A stretch of 64,000 nt of DNA from a bacterium (GTDB lineage: Bacteria > UBA8248): NCBI GenBank assembly GCA_965261085.1, contig OZ253442.1, positions 2,496,001-2,560,000 on the forward strand, in the 5' to 3' direction. Every line of letters begins with the position of its first letter. The stretch's first letter is position 1. This document shows, piece by piece, positions 48,503-58,604 of the stretch. Below the pieces are notes generated by a model. It was not told the origin of the DNA, ran no database searches, and saw only the letters and a list, made by a program, of their open reading frames with translations. The position numbers and the translations under genes were made by a program.

Positions 48503-49433
48503 AGTGGAGCGCTTAGAGCCCGGTCACCGCGATGCGCTGGCCGCATTGGCAGCGGATGCCTTCGGGCTTTCGCGCGAAGAGGTGGTCGGCGGTTTCGGCG
48601 CGCCGGGTACGAAGGTCTGGCTGGTTTGGCCGGGCGAGGGGGACGACGAGGTTCCGGCGGGCTATTGCCGCATGGTGGTGAACAGGGAGACGAGAGCGCG
48701 GGACAGAGCCTGTATCGACGCCCTTTTCGTTCGGCCCGATGGCAGAAAGGCGGGCTATGCGCGGCATCTCCTGGAGGCGGCCCTCGCCGAGGCGAAAGAA
48801 AACGGCCTGGGGGGTATATGGGCGTATCTGCCCGTCTCGCTTCCGGGGCGTTTCGTGTATCTGAGCGGTGGACGGAAGGTTCACGATCTTCGCTTCCTGA
48901 AGCATGACTCGCTCAAGGAACTGGGGGAGCCACGCCTGCCGGCGGGCTACGGCGTTCGCGCGGCGGCTCTGCCCGGCGATGCGGAATACCTCGCCGATCT
49001 GTTCAACGAAATTTTCGGAGACATGTGGAATTTCATGCGCCATACGCCCGAGACGATCAGCGCCTGGTACCATGCGCCGGATACGCGCCCGGAAAATTCA
49101 CTCATCCTGGAATTCTTGGATGGAGAATCGGGAGACCCCGAGGGAGCGGGGATGGCGATACTGGCCGTCGACCCGAGCCGATTGGCCTCGGGCGATAAAT
49201 CCGCCTATATTCCCGACCTAGGCGTCATGCGCGCCCACCGCAGAAGAGGGCTGGGCCGCTTGCTGATTCAGGCGTCCGCCCAAAGGGCGTTGACCTGCGG
49301 CGCGGAAGCGCTCGAACTCATCGTCTCGGCCGATGACGGGGATGTGCGCGCGTTTTATCAAGATCTGGGATTTGGCGAGGTGGGAGTCATCAGTGTGTAT
49401 GAATGGCTCTGCGATAACCTAGAATCAAATTGA
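48486..49433 (+). CDS. Tandem GNAT acetyltransferase
   Basis: Two acetyl-CoA motifs (VRPDGRKAGYA; VMRAHRRRGLG..FYQDLGF). Confidence 0.85.
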   Translation: MSTVARVERLEPGHRDALAALAADAFGLSREEVVGGFGAPGTKVWLVWPGEGDDEVPAGYCRMVVNRETRARDRACIDALFVRPDGRKAGYARHLLEAALAEAKENGLGGIWAYLPVSLPGRFVYLSGGRKVHDLRFLKHDSLKELGEPRLPAGYGVRAAALPGDAEYLADLFNEIFGDMWNFMRHTPETISAWYHAPDTRPENSLILEFLDGESGDPEGAGMAILAVDPSRLASGDKSAYIPDLGVMRAHRRRGLGRLLIQASAQRALTCGAEALELIVSADDGDVRAFYQDLGFGEVGVISVYEWLCDNLESN

Positions 49434-49462
49434 ATAATATCTTGTAACTATCTGTTATTAGA

Positions 49463-50725
49463 TTATAAAATATCTTTTATGTAACTCGATATCTCATCTC
49501 GTTTCACTTCTGCCTGGCGGCTTTCAGCCATGTGGCGGACGCTCACCACCCCTTTGGCCGCCTCGTCATCGCCCAGTAGCAGCACGAACGCGGCGCCCGA
49601 GCGATCGGCTCGCTTCATCTGGCTTTTCATACTGCCCCCGCCGAAGGTGCGTTCCGTCCGAATGCCCTGGGCGCGCAATTCGGCGGCGAGATCGAAGACC
49701 TGGCGCTGCGCGGCGTCGCCGAGCGCAACGATATAGACTTGCGTTTCCTCATTCGGGGCCGGGGCCTTTTCGCCCGCCAGTTGCAAAAGACGCTCCACGC
49801 CGATGGCGAAACCAATCCCCGGTGTGGGAGGCCCGCCCAACTCCTCCACGAGGCCGTCGTAGCGTCCCCCGCCGCACACCGCGTTTTGCGCCCCAAGGCT
49901 CTCGCTCGTCACTTCGAACACGGTGAGGCAATAGTAATCGAGACCGCGAACGAGCCTCGGGTTGATCTCATAGGCGACACCCACACTCTCCAGAAATCGG
50001 CACACGCTCGCCAGGTGCTCCCGGCACGTCTCGTTCCAGAATTCATCTATCCTCGGCGCGCGCGCGATGATCTCCTGGTGAGCCGGGTCCTTGCTGTCCA
50101 GAAAGCGCAGCGGGTTGCGCTCGATGCGCTCGGCGATCTCAGGGCCAAGATGCTTCGTTTCTTTCCTGAGATAATCCTGGAGGGCGGCGGCGTAGGCCGG
50201 GCGGCATTCCTTGTCGCCCAGATTGTTGATTTGAAGCGCCAGGCCCTCGATCCCCATGGCGTCCAGAAATTCCATGAGCATCACGATGAGTTCGGCGTCG
50301 ATCGCCGGGTCCTCGGCGCCGAAGACTTCGGCGTCGATTTGGTGGAACTGCCTCAGGCGGCCCGCCTGGGGACGCTCGTAGCGGAACATGGGGCCGATGC
50401 AGAAGAGCTTCGAGACGCCGGGGCGGTTGTAGAGGCCGTTTTGGACGTAGGCGCGGCAAATGGAGGCCGTCGCTTCGGGGCGTAGAGTGATGGAGTCGCC
50501 CCCCTTGTCTTTGAAGGTATACATCTCCTTGGAGACGATGTCGGTTTCCTCGCCGATGCCGCGCGCGAAAAGTTCGGTGCGCTCGAACACGGGCACTCTT
50601 ATCTCTCCGTAGCCGTATCGCGCGAAAATCTCGCGCGCAAGACGCTCGGCTCCCTGCCAGTTCGGTGATTCTTCCGGCAGAATGTCTTTCACGCCGCGCA
50701 CCGCCGTGAACTTGGGCCGCGCCAT
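49463..50725 (-). CDS. hisS: Histidine--tRNA ligase
   Basis: LRPEATA, FRYERPQAGR, LVRGLDYY, GGGRYDGL. Confidence 0.98.
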   Translation of the reverse strand: MARPKFTAVRGVKDILPEESPNWQGAERLAREIFARYGYGEIRVPVFERTELFARGIGEETDIVSKEMYTFKDKGGDSITLRPEATASICRAYVQNGLYNRPGVSKLFCIGPMFRYERPQAGRLRQFHQIDAEVFGAEDPAIDAELIVMLMEFLDAMGIEGLALQINNLGDKECRPAYAAALQDYLRKETKHLGPEIAERIERNPLRFLDSKDPAHQEIIARAPRIDEFWNETCREHLASVCRFLESVGVAYEINPRLVRGLDYYCLTVFEVTSESLGAQNAVCGGGRYDGLVEELGGPPTPGIGFAIGVERLLQLAGEKAPAPNEETQVYIVALGDAAQRQVFDLAAELRAQGIRTERTFGGGSMKSQMKRADRSGAAFVLLLGDDEAAKGVVSVRHMAESRQAEVKRDEISSYIKDIL

Positions 50726-50727
50726 CG

Positions 50728-51489
50728 CTATCCTCCAAAAGTCGCTTCGAGCAGGCGGGGAAGGGCGACGCCCGAGGGCTCTTGAACCACCTCGCTCATG
50801 TATGGGCTGATTTCCGTCGGCTCGGGATTCACTTCGAGCACGAACGCGCCGCCTCTCGAGGCCGTCATGGGCATGGAGGCGGCCGGCTGCACCACGGCGG
50901 ACGTGCCCGCCACGATCAGGTAATCGCAATCATCCACCGCAACCAGCGCCCGGCGCAACTGCTCGGAGTCGAGCATCTCGCCGAACCACACCACGTGGGG
51001 ACGCAGGAGGTTCTCGCACGCCTCACACTTTGGGGGCAGGGGGTCGAGCGGCACCTCGCGGTTCTCCCACGCTAACGTAGCGCGCTCACAGCCGGGGTTC
51101 GTGCATCGAACGCGCCAGATGTTGCCGTGCAACTCCACGATTTCCCTCGTCCCGGCGACGCGGTGGAGGTTGTCGATATTTTGCGTGATGAGGGTGAAGC
51201 GCGCGAAACGCTCCTCCATCGAGGCGATGGCGTAGTGGCCCGGGTTGGGCGCCAGGGGCGTGAGCACCTCGCGGCGATAATTGTAAAACTCCCAGACGAG
51301 CCTGGGGTCGTCGCGAAAAGCCTCGGGCGTGGCGAGCGAGGTGGCGCTGTACTCGCGCCAGAGACCGCCTGCGCCTCGAAAGGTGGGCACGCCGCTCTCC
51401 GCGCTCACGCCCGCCCCGGTCAGGACGACCAGGGATTCCGCTTTTTTGAGAGCATCTATCGCCCGTTGGCTGAACATCGTTTTCCCCAT
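50728..51489 (-). CDS. cobB: NAD-dependent deacylase (sirtuin)
   Basis: GAGVSAESGVPTFRG, TQNID, HG, RPHVVWFGE, GTS. Confidence 0.95.
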   Translation of the reverse strand: MGKTMFSQRAIDALKKAESLVVLTGAGVSAESGVPTFRGAGGLWREYSATSLATPEAFRDDPRLVWEFYNYRREVLTPLAPNPGHYAIASMEERFARFTLITQNIDNLHRVAGTREIVELHGNIWRVRCTNPGCERATLAWENREVPLDPLPPKCEACENLLRPHVVWFGEMLDSEQLRRALVAVDDCDYLIVAGTSAVVQPAASMPMTASRGGAFVLEVNPEPTEISPYMSEVVQEPSGVALPRLLEATFGG

Positions 51490-51651
51490 CGTGCGTTCGC
51501 GCCCCTCTCGCGGATAAGTATGCGATGCGCGAGAAAATGCAAGCGCAGCGTTTGGCGCCTGTTATGAACTCCCCGGCTGCTGATGTGTATAAACTCCCCG
51601 CAATGCGAGCGAGTATGCGTTTAGCGGCTACACATACTGTTGTGGCTCATG

Positions 51652-51748
51652 ATGTTCGCCGGTATCAAACAGTCGAGTTTGCCTGCTATGAGTGCCGGCT
51701 ATCCGTACCGCCGTTGCCCACCATGTATGCCGGTATCAAACAGTCGAG
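51652..51748. repeat. Two direct repeats, 71-bp period
   Basis: GCCGGTATCAAACAGTCGAG identical at 51658-51677 and 51729-51748. Confidence 0.8.
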
Positions 51749-51861
51749 AAGGTAGTGCATACCCCCCTTCTGGCGCAAACGGGGATGGAAGTTGACACGC
51801 GCGCGGATGCCGCCTAGCTTTGGCGAGTTTTGTATTTTCGAGGGAACCGGAGGAGTTACAG

Positions 51862-53565
51862 GTGGCGCGAAACGGATCGCAGGTGCTGCTGGACGCGCTT
51901 CACTTAAACGGCGCGGAATATATTTTCGGCATTCCGGGCACGCTTACGCTGCCGGTCTACGACGCGATGATCGACGGAGCGGGCGCGACGCCCATCGTCA
52001 CGCGCCACGAGCAGGGGGCGGGCTTCGCCGCGGACGGCTACGCCAAGGTTTCCGGCAAGACGGGCGTAGTCTTCACCGTGCCGGGTCCCGGCGGCACGAA
52101 CGTCGCCACCGCGCTTCGCTCAGCTTTCGAGGATGCAGTGCCCATCGTCGCGGTGACGGCCACGCTCGCCGACAACATGCGGGGCAGAAGCGCCATCCAC
52201 GACGTGGACATGGAAAAAGCGCTCGCAGGCTGCGTCAAAAAGGCGTTCACGCCCGATTCGGTCGCGGGCGTTGCGCCCGCCGTGGAGGCCGCGTTTCACT
52301 GGGCGGCGGCGGGAAGGCCCGGTCCGACGCAAGTGGTGATGAAGGCGAACCTGTTTCAGGCCGAAGAGGAGCGGGTGATCATAAAACCAGAGTTCGAAGG
52401 ACCGCCGCTTGCGCCTCCCGTGGATGAGCGCGCGCTCGATGAAATCGCCGAGTCGCTCCTGGCCGCCAGGCGCCCGGTGATATATGCGGGCAACGGCGTG
52501 GTGAGCGCGCACTGTGAGAGAGAGGTGCAGCTTCTGGCGTCCAAGTTCGGCGCGCCCGTCGTCACCTCCGTGAAGGGACGGGGAATTTTATCGGAAGCCG
52601 ATCCGCTCTCCTTCGGCCTGGTGCATTTCCTGGGCTGTGAGGAGATGCTCGAAGAGGCGGATTTGTGTCTGGCTCTGGGTACGGGTTTCGGGCAGTTCGC
52701 CACTTTCTACTTCAAGGCGCCGATGCCGAAAAATCTCGTGCAGATAGACATCGACCCGGAGCGCATCGGGCGGAATTACCCCGCCGCCAGAGGCCTGGTG
52801 AGCGACTTGAAGCCCGCGCTCGATGGCCTGCTCAAGAGAATCGCAGACGCGGAGGACGTCGCTCTCTCCGAAGGCCACGTTCGCGTGCGCGAGGGAAAAA
52901 GGCGGTATGAGGAGAGGCTTCGCTCGTTTTCGACGCAACTGGCCGAGCCGCCCTTCCACGGTCTTTTCGTGATGAAGACGCTGCGCGAGAACACCTCGCC
53001 CGACACGATTTTCGTCTCCGATTCCTCCGCCACCCAGAGCTGGCTCATGGAGCAGGCGTTCGTGGTTCACCGTCCCCGGAGCATCCTGCTCTCGGAAGCC
53101 TACCAGTCGATGGGCTACGCCATAGGCGCCGCCATCGGGGCGAAACTCGGCGCGCCCGAAAGACCGGTGTGCGCGGTCGTGGGAGACGGCAGCTTCACCA
53201 TGGTCTGCGGCGAGCTGGCCACGGCGACGGCGCTCGATCTATCGGTCACCTACCTCATTTTCAACGATGGGGAATACAACGCGCTCAGGCACTCGCAAAA
53301 ACACGTGTTCGGCGAGCGCTACATCGCCACCTCGCTCAACAACCCCGATTTCCCGGCCCTGGCGCGCGCATTCGGCGCGCATGGCCACCGCGTGGAATCG
53401 GCGGAGGGATTGGGGAGTGTTATTCGTGATTCTCAGGCGCAAGGCGGTGTTCACGTCATCGACTGTCCGATCGACCGCGAGGTGCTCTCCTCCAGATGGA
53501 CGCGGACGGTGAAATCCTTCCGGGGAGGAGCCGCCACCGCGCCGCCGCCCGACGTGGGCGACTGA
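51862..53565 (+). CDS. TPP-binding enzyme (acetolactate synthase-like)
   Basis: FGIPG, RHEQGAGFAADGYA, GDGSF..NDGEY. Confidence 0.92.
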   Translation: MARNGSQVLLDALHLNGAEYIFGIPGTLTLPVYDAMIDGAGATPIVTRHEQGAGFAADGYAKVSGKTGVVFTVPGPGGTNVATALRSAFEDAVPIVAVTATLADNMRGRSAIHDVDMEKALAGCVKKAFTPDSVAGVAPAVEAAFHWAAAGRPGPTQVVMKANLFQAEEERVIIKPEFEGPPLAPPVDERALDEIAESLLAARRPVIYAGNGVVSAHCEREVQLLASKFGAPVVTSVKGRGILSEADPLSFGLVHFLGCEEMLEEADLCLALGTGFGQFATFYFKAPMPKNLVQIDIDPERIGRNYPAARGLVSDLKPALDGLLKRIADAEDVALSEGHVRVREGKRRYEERLRSFSTQLAEPPFHGLFVMKTLRENTSPDTIFVSDSSATQSWLMEQAFVVHRPRSILLSEAYQSMGYAIGAAIGAKLGAPERPVCAVVGDGSFTMVCGELATATALDLSVTYLIFNDGEYNALRHSQKHVFGERYIATSLNNPDFPALARAFGAHGHRVESAEGLGSVIRDSQAQGGVHVIDCPIDREVLSSRWTRTVKSFRGGAATAPPPDVGD

Positions 53566-53592
53566 GCCTACGCCTTATCGCGCGTGAGCGGC

Positions 53593-56118
53593 TCATTGAT
53601 CGCGGGACGCCCGTCGTTTCCTCTCTTCATGGGTTGAAAACTCAGGCGCGAGGCTCCTGCGAAACGCTCTCCATTGCGCAGCGCCGGTGCCGGGCCAGGC
53701 TTCGGCTGCGCGGAACCGCTCGGCCGAAAGATGCGCCGCATCCGCCTCGCCGCCCGCTTGAACGCGCAGCATCCCGCCGCGCCAGGGGCGATAGACCCCC
53801 AGTCTTCTCTGCCGTCTTCTCGTTTCCCGCCAAAGGTCGGTCTGCATCCATTTCACCCTTTGGGGAGTAGTCACGACGACCCGGGGCGGACGCGCTTCGA
53901 GCCAGTCGAGCACTTCTCGTTTTCTGAGCAGGCTCTCGGGCAGGCGCACGAGGTCGTATCTTTTCCCCCGAAACCATCTGGCGTCGAACGCCGGGTATTT
54001 CGAGGGCAGAATGAGCAGCCAGCGGGAGCGAGGGTTTTGAACCTCAAAGCCCATCGCGCCTTTTCTCCACGAAAGAAGCGAAACCCTCGCTCCGCCTCCG
54101 GCCATCCGCCAGATGGTGCGGGGAGAATTCAAGCGCTCCCCGAAACGGGAGCGATATGGCGCGGAAGCGCGAAGGTCTCTAATGCGGTGCACGTTTTCGA
54201 TGCGTATGCCGGTGGCGAACGCCTGCGCGGCGAGTCGCTCTTTCGGGTATCGGGAGAGGGTGAGCATCGTTTGCCAGGTCAACTCATTCTCCCGGCGCAT
54301 CAGAGGGGCGAGCACGTTTCCCCATGCGTTGAAGCCGCCCGCTCGGCCGCCTGAGGCGTCGACCACCAGGCCTTTTCCATCGGGGAGGCGCAAGAAAAAG
54401 GCGTCCACGCCCCCGGCGTCGGGCAGGAGAAGCGTTGTGCGCTTAGGCCCTGAGGCCTGTGTAGTAGCACTGGGGAGCAGGAGGAAAAAAGTCAGGCAGC
54501 ACACGCCCGCCCAGGCGATTCGCCGCCGCCGTGCGCGCCTCGCCTGCAGGGCCAGAGCCATGAGTGCGTAGACCGAGGCGATGAGCCAGACCTGGGGACT
54601 CGGCGCGACGATGCTGGCCCAGGGAATTTCGGAACTATACGTCGACACGAAAATCATGAATTGCGCGAGAGCGCCGGTGAGCCATGTTGCGGGGAGCAGG
54701 AGTCCGGCCCCGCCCGCCGGGATGACGGCGGCGAGGGCGCTCGCTACGAAGGATAGGGGCACGAGCAGCGAGGTGATCGGAATGAGCAGAAAATTCACGA
54801 TCAGGCCGATGGGATGCGCCTCGTGAAAATGCAGCGCGGTGAGCGGCGTGATCGCCGCGGTGACGACCAATTGGATGATGGCGAGTTGATGCGCCCGCGC
54901 GAGCCACCACTCCTTCTCCCAGATTCTCAGGCGCGCTTCTGGCCTCGGGAGCCTGTCCGCCGCTAGGATGATGGCGCTCACCGCCACGAAGGAGAGTTGA
55001 AACCCCACGTCCCAGATGAAGCCGGGTTCGACCACCAGGATGAGCAGGGCGGCGAGCAAGACGGAGTGAATCGCCGTTCCCGGCCGCTCGAGGAGCCGGG
55101 TGAGGAGATAGGTGACGATCATGATCGTGGCGCGCACCGTGGATATTCGAGCGCCGCTCAGCAGCGCGAAGAGAATCACGAGGGGGATGACGCCGAGTGC
55201 TGCCAGTTTCGACGGCGTGAGCACGAACGGGTGCAGGGGAAAGAATTTGGGCGGAAGCCTGCGCAGGATACCTTGTAAGGCGAAGAAGAAAAAAGCGGCG
55301 ATGAAGCCCACGTGCAGGCCGCTGATGGCGAGCAGATGCGCCGCCCCCGATCTCCTGAAAGCGTCTTTGAGTTCGAGGTCGATCCCCTCGCGCAGGCCGA
55401 TTGTCATCGCCTCTATGAGGCCTGCGGCGCGCTCGGGGTAGACGGCGTGCATGTGGGCGCTCATGCGCTCGCGGAAGCGGAACAAAAGCCGCCACCCGCC
55501 CCATTTTTCCTTTGCTTCCAGGAGGTGAACATTGTTCACCCCGCTGTAGCCGACGGCGTGGACGCCCCTCAGTCGCAGGAATTCCCGATAGTCGAACGCG
55601 CCGGGGTTCTTGAAGCGCTCTGGAGGCCTTAAGCGCACGCGCTGGATGAGCAGCTTATCGCCCACTTCTGGAATTTTCTTGAGCCGCGAGGCCAGCGTGA
55701 TGCGCACGACGCCGGTCATGGGAACCTCGACGCCGCGTATGAGGGCGCGCTCAACGTCCAGGTATATGCGCGGTCTGGGCGACGCGCCGCCGTTTCGCTC
55801 AACGGGCCGTGAGAGATGGCCCGTAACGTTCATGCGCTCATAGGGAATGTGGCGCAGCAGGTGGTGCGCAGGCGTCGTATGGCGATGGAACGCGGGCACG
55901 GCGAAGGAGACGATGAGTCCCACGAAGACGAGGAGTCCCGCGAGGAGGCCTTCCGTTTTTCCCCGAATGCGGCGGCTCATGGCGAGCAGGACCGAAAATG
56001 CCAGCACGAGCGCGGCGGTGAGGGTGGAGACCGCGTCTCCTCGCTCGAAGTCGAGGGAAACACCGACCGCCAACAAACCCGCTATGTAGCCAACCGCCAG
56101 TAAATGCAGGGGGTGCAC
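53593..56118 (-). CDS. comEC: ComEC/Rec2 DNA uptake protein
   Basis: NPGAFDY, HLLAISGLHV, RATIM, GFQLSF; degenerate C-terminal MBL domain. Confidence 0.9.
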   Translation of the reverse strand: MHPLHLLAVGYIAGLLAVGVSLDFERGDAVSTLTAALVLAFSVLLAMSRRIRGKTEGLLAGLLVFVGLIVSFAVPAFHRHTTPAHHLLRHIPYERMNVTGHLSRPVERNGGASPRPRIYLDVERALIRGVEVPMTGVVRITLASRLKKIPEVGDKLLIQRVRLRPPERFKNPGAFDYREFLRLRGVHAVGYSGVNNVHLLEAKEKWGGWRLLFRFRERMSAHMHAVYPERAAGLIEAMTIGLREGIDLELKDAFRRSGAAHLLAISGLHVGFIAAFFFFALQGILRRLPPKFFPLHPFVLTPSKLAALGVIPLVILFALLSGARISTVRATIMIVTYLLTRLLERPGTAIHSVLLAALLILVVEPGFIWDVGFQLSFVAVSAIILAADRLPRPEARLRIWEKEWWLARAHQLAIIQLVVTAAITPLTALHFHEAHPIGLIVNFLLIPITSLLVPLSFVASALAAVIPAGGAGLLLPATWLTGALAQFMIFVSTYSSEIPWASIVAPSPQVWLIASVYALMALALQARRARRRRIAWAGVCCLTFFLLLPSATTQASGPKRTTLLLPDAGGVDAFFLRLPDGKGLVVDASGGRAGGFNAWGNVLAPLMRRENELTWQTMLTLSRYPKERLAAQAFATGIRIENVHRIRDLRASAPYRSRFGERLNSPRTIWRMAGGGARVSLLSWRKGAMGFEVQNPRSRWLLILPSKYPAFDARWFRGKRYDLVRLPESLLRKREVLDWLEARPPRVVVTTPQRVKWMQTDLWRETRRRQRRLGVYRPWRGGMLRVQAGGEADAAHLSAERFRAAEAWPGTGAAQWRAFRRSLAPEFSTHEERKRRASRDQ

Positions 56119-56250
56119 GTTCTCTCCATGTAAGGAATGCGCCTATCGTACATCAAAATGCGCCGGATGCGCATTCTCCTTCGCCTACTCGCCCGGTCGT
56201 GGTAGGCTTCGCGCGGACGTGTGGGTGAATTCTTTTTGGAGAGGATGACG

Positions 56251-57249
56251 ATGCGCGCGCGCACCCTCGGGGATACGGGTATTTCGGTGTCCGAGATAGG
56301 TTTCGGCACGGGCGGCATCAGCCGCCTGATGGTGGGTGATGACCACGAGGCGCAGCTTCGCGCGGTTCGCGGCGCTTTGGACGGGGGCGTGAATTTTTTC
56401 GATACGGCAATGGGCTACGGAAGCGGCAAGTCCGAGGCCAACCTGGGCGCTGCGCTCAACCGATTGGGGGCGAAGGTCACCCTCACGACGAAGATCCGCC
56501 TCACCGCCGAGGAGCGATACGCGCCCAAGGAAGCGGTGGTCGCCTCGGTGGAGAAGAGTCTGGAGCGATTGGGCCGACCCCAAGTCGATCTGATTCAGAT
56601 CCACAACTACGTGGCCCCCGATAGGGATTGGCCGGTGGGGGAGGTGGTGTTTCAGCCTTCTGATATTTTCCGCGCAGGCGGCGTGCTCGATGGTTTCGGG
56701 GAATTGCGCGAGCGCGGGCTCGTGCGCTTTTTCGGGTTCACCGGTATCGGGCATCCCGCCTCGCTGGCCGAGCTCATCGACAGTGGCGAGTTCCACGCGG
56801 TGCAGGCGTATTTCAATTTGCTCAACCCGAGCGCGGCGTATGCGGCGCCGGAGGGTTTCGGCGCAATCGATTACGGGCTGCTCATGGAGCGCGCCGCGAA
56901 AAAGGGCATGGGAGTGCTGGCGATTCGCGCCCTCGCGCTGGGCGCGCTCAGCGCCGATCCGAATCTGCTGGGTTTTCTGGATGAAATTCCGCCGGTTCTC
57001 TCGCTGGGTTCCGAATACGACAAGGACTCGGCGCGCGCCGGGAAACTCGCGTTCCTCGTTCGCGAGGGATGCACCCTGGCGCAGGCTGCGCTTCGTTTCG
57101 TCTTGATGCACGAAGAGGTCTCTTGCGCTCTGGTGGGTTTCTCGGGTGAGGAGCAACTCTCAGAGGCGCTCTCCTGCGCGGGCGCCGGGCCTTTGGCGGG
57201 AGATGACATGCAAAGGCTCAAGAGCATATGGAAAAACGATTTCGCCTAG
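56251..57249 (+). CDS. Aldo/keto reductase
   Basis: LGDTGISVSEIGFG, FFDTAMGYG, SLERL...VDLIQIH. Confidence 0.92.
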   Translation: MRARTLGDTGISVSEIGFGTGGISRLMVGDDHEAQLRAVRGALDGGVNFFDTAMGYGSGKSEANLGAALNRLGAKVTLTTKIRLTAEERYAPKEAVVASVEKSLERLGRPQVDLIQIHNYVAPDRDWPVGEVVFQPSDIFRAGGVLDGFGELRERGLVRFFGFTGIGHPASLAELIDSGEFHAVQAYFNLLNPSAAYAAPEGFGAIDYGLLMERAAKKGMGVLAIRALALGALSADPNLLGFLDEIPPVLSLGSEYDKDSARAGKLAFLVREGCTLAQAALRFVLMHEEVSCALVGFSGEEQLSEALSCAGAGPLAGDDMQRLKSIWKNDFA

Positions 57250-57276
57250 GCAGAGAGCAAACCGATCGCTGAATCC

Positions 57277-58524
57277 ATGAACACTCCCCGAAAAGCGCGT
57301 ATCAGCCAGGCCGCCCTGTCGGTGCTGGGCTTCTCTCAGCTTCCCATCATGCTCGTCTACGCCAACTACCCGACCGCCATCCCGATACTGAAAGCGGAAT
57401 GGTCGCTCACCAATACGGATGCTGGTTTTATCTATTTTGCGTTTTACGTGGGCTACGTCGTCGCCTCCGCCGTGCTCACCGGGGCGACGGATTATTTCAG
57501 CGCGAGAACCATCTATCTCTTCTCGGCCGCCTGGCTCGGCCTCACGAACCTGATGTTCCCCTTCTTCGCCGAGGGGTTGTGGACGGCTGCTCTTCTCCGG
57601 TGCGCATGTGGGGTGGGGCTTGCGGGCGTTTTCGGGCCGGGCCTGCGCATCGTGGCCGAACACTCCTCGCCGACGATGCGGGCGAAGATGGTGTCGGGCT
57701 ACGCCTTTTTCTTCACCTTCAGCGTATCGGTCTCGATGTTTCTGACGGGCTACCTGCTCCCCGATTTCGGCTGGCGCTTCACCTTCGCCACAGGTTCGCT
57801 CGGCCCCGTCATCGGCATTTTTATGGTTCTGCTCTGGGTGCCCGATCCCGGAAGGGAGGAATCGGGAGGCGGGGAGAAATTCGCCTTCCCGCGCCTGCCG
57901 CTCAGGTGCTGGGTGCTCATCGGCTCCTACGTGATGCACCGCTGGGAGATGTTCGCCTTCAGGGGCTGGGGCGTCACCTTCCTGGCCTCGGCGTTCTTGG
58001 CGCACGGCCTGCCGAGGGGGAGCGCGGTGGATAACGCCGCGACGGCCCTGGCGTTCATGATCGCGATATCCGCTTTTTCGAATTTCATCGGCGCATGGTC
58101 GGCCGACAGGTTCGGACGGTTCCCGAGCATCGGGGGCAGTTTGTTCCTGAGCGGCGCGATGACGTACGGCATCGGCTTTTTGTTTCACGCGCCGATTCCG
58201 GTTCTGCTGATCGTGTTGTTGGTCTGGGCGGTGACGATGGCCGTCGATGCGTCCGTTTTCCTGGTCGTAATGAGCGAAATCGCGCCCAAGCGCCATTTGG
58301 GTACGGCGCTGGGCGGCCTCGCCGGGTTCGGCTTCCTGTTCGGCGCGCTCTCCTCCATCGAGGTGGGCTACATTCTGGACGTTACGAACCCCGGTTCCCG
58401 GGGAGAGGTTCTGCCCACGGAGTGGACGGCGGCCTGGGCTTCGGTGGGCGTGGCCGTCTGGATCGGTCTGGGCGGAATCCTCTGGCTTTCCCGTATAATG
58501 AAGAGGCGGACGCAGGATGCTTGA
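57277..58524 (+). CDS. MFS transporter
   Basis: About 12 hydrophobic segments, ADRFGR motif. Confidence 0.9.
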   Translation: MNTPRKARISQAALSVLGFSQLPIMLVYANYPTAIPILKAEWSLTNTDAGFIYFAFYVGYVVASAVLTGATDYFSARTIYLFSAAWLGLTNLMFPFFAEGLWTAALLRCACGVGLAGVFGPGLRIVAEHSSPTMRAKMVSGYAFFFTFSVSVSMFLTGYLLPDFGWRFTFATGSLGPVIGIFMVLLWVPDPGREESGGGEKFAFPRLPLRCWVLIGSYVMHRWEMFAFRGWGVTFLASAFLAHGLPRGSAVDNAATALAFMIAISAFSNFIGAWSADRFGRFPSIGGSLFLSGAMTYGIGFLFHAPIPVLLIVLLVWAVTMAVDASVFLVVMSEIAPKRHLGTALGGLAGFGFLFGALSSIEVGYILDVTNPGSRGEVLPTEWTAAWASVGVAVWIGLGGILWLSRIMKRRTQDA

Positions 58525-58604
58525 ATTCCCGGTGCGAAGCCGATACGCTCCCGCGCCAGTGACATGGATTTGAAGATTCGAGCGCAGATGAAGGAAAAAA
58601 GATA

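Noticed and set aside
49460-49490. dif-like TTATGTAACT
   Set aside because: Inside the hisS coding end; no credible XerC arm.
51652-51748. CRISPR array
   Set aside because: Only two units, 20-nt identity, 51-nt spacer, no cas genes in the window; kept only as an unexplained repeat.
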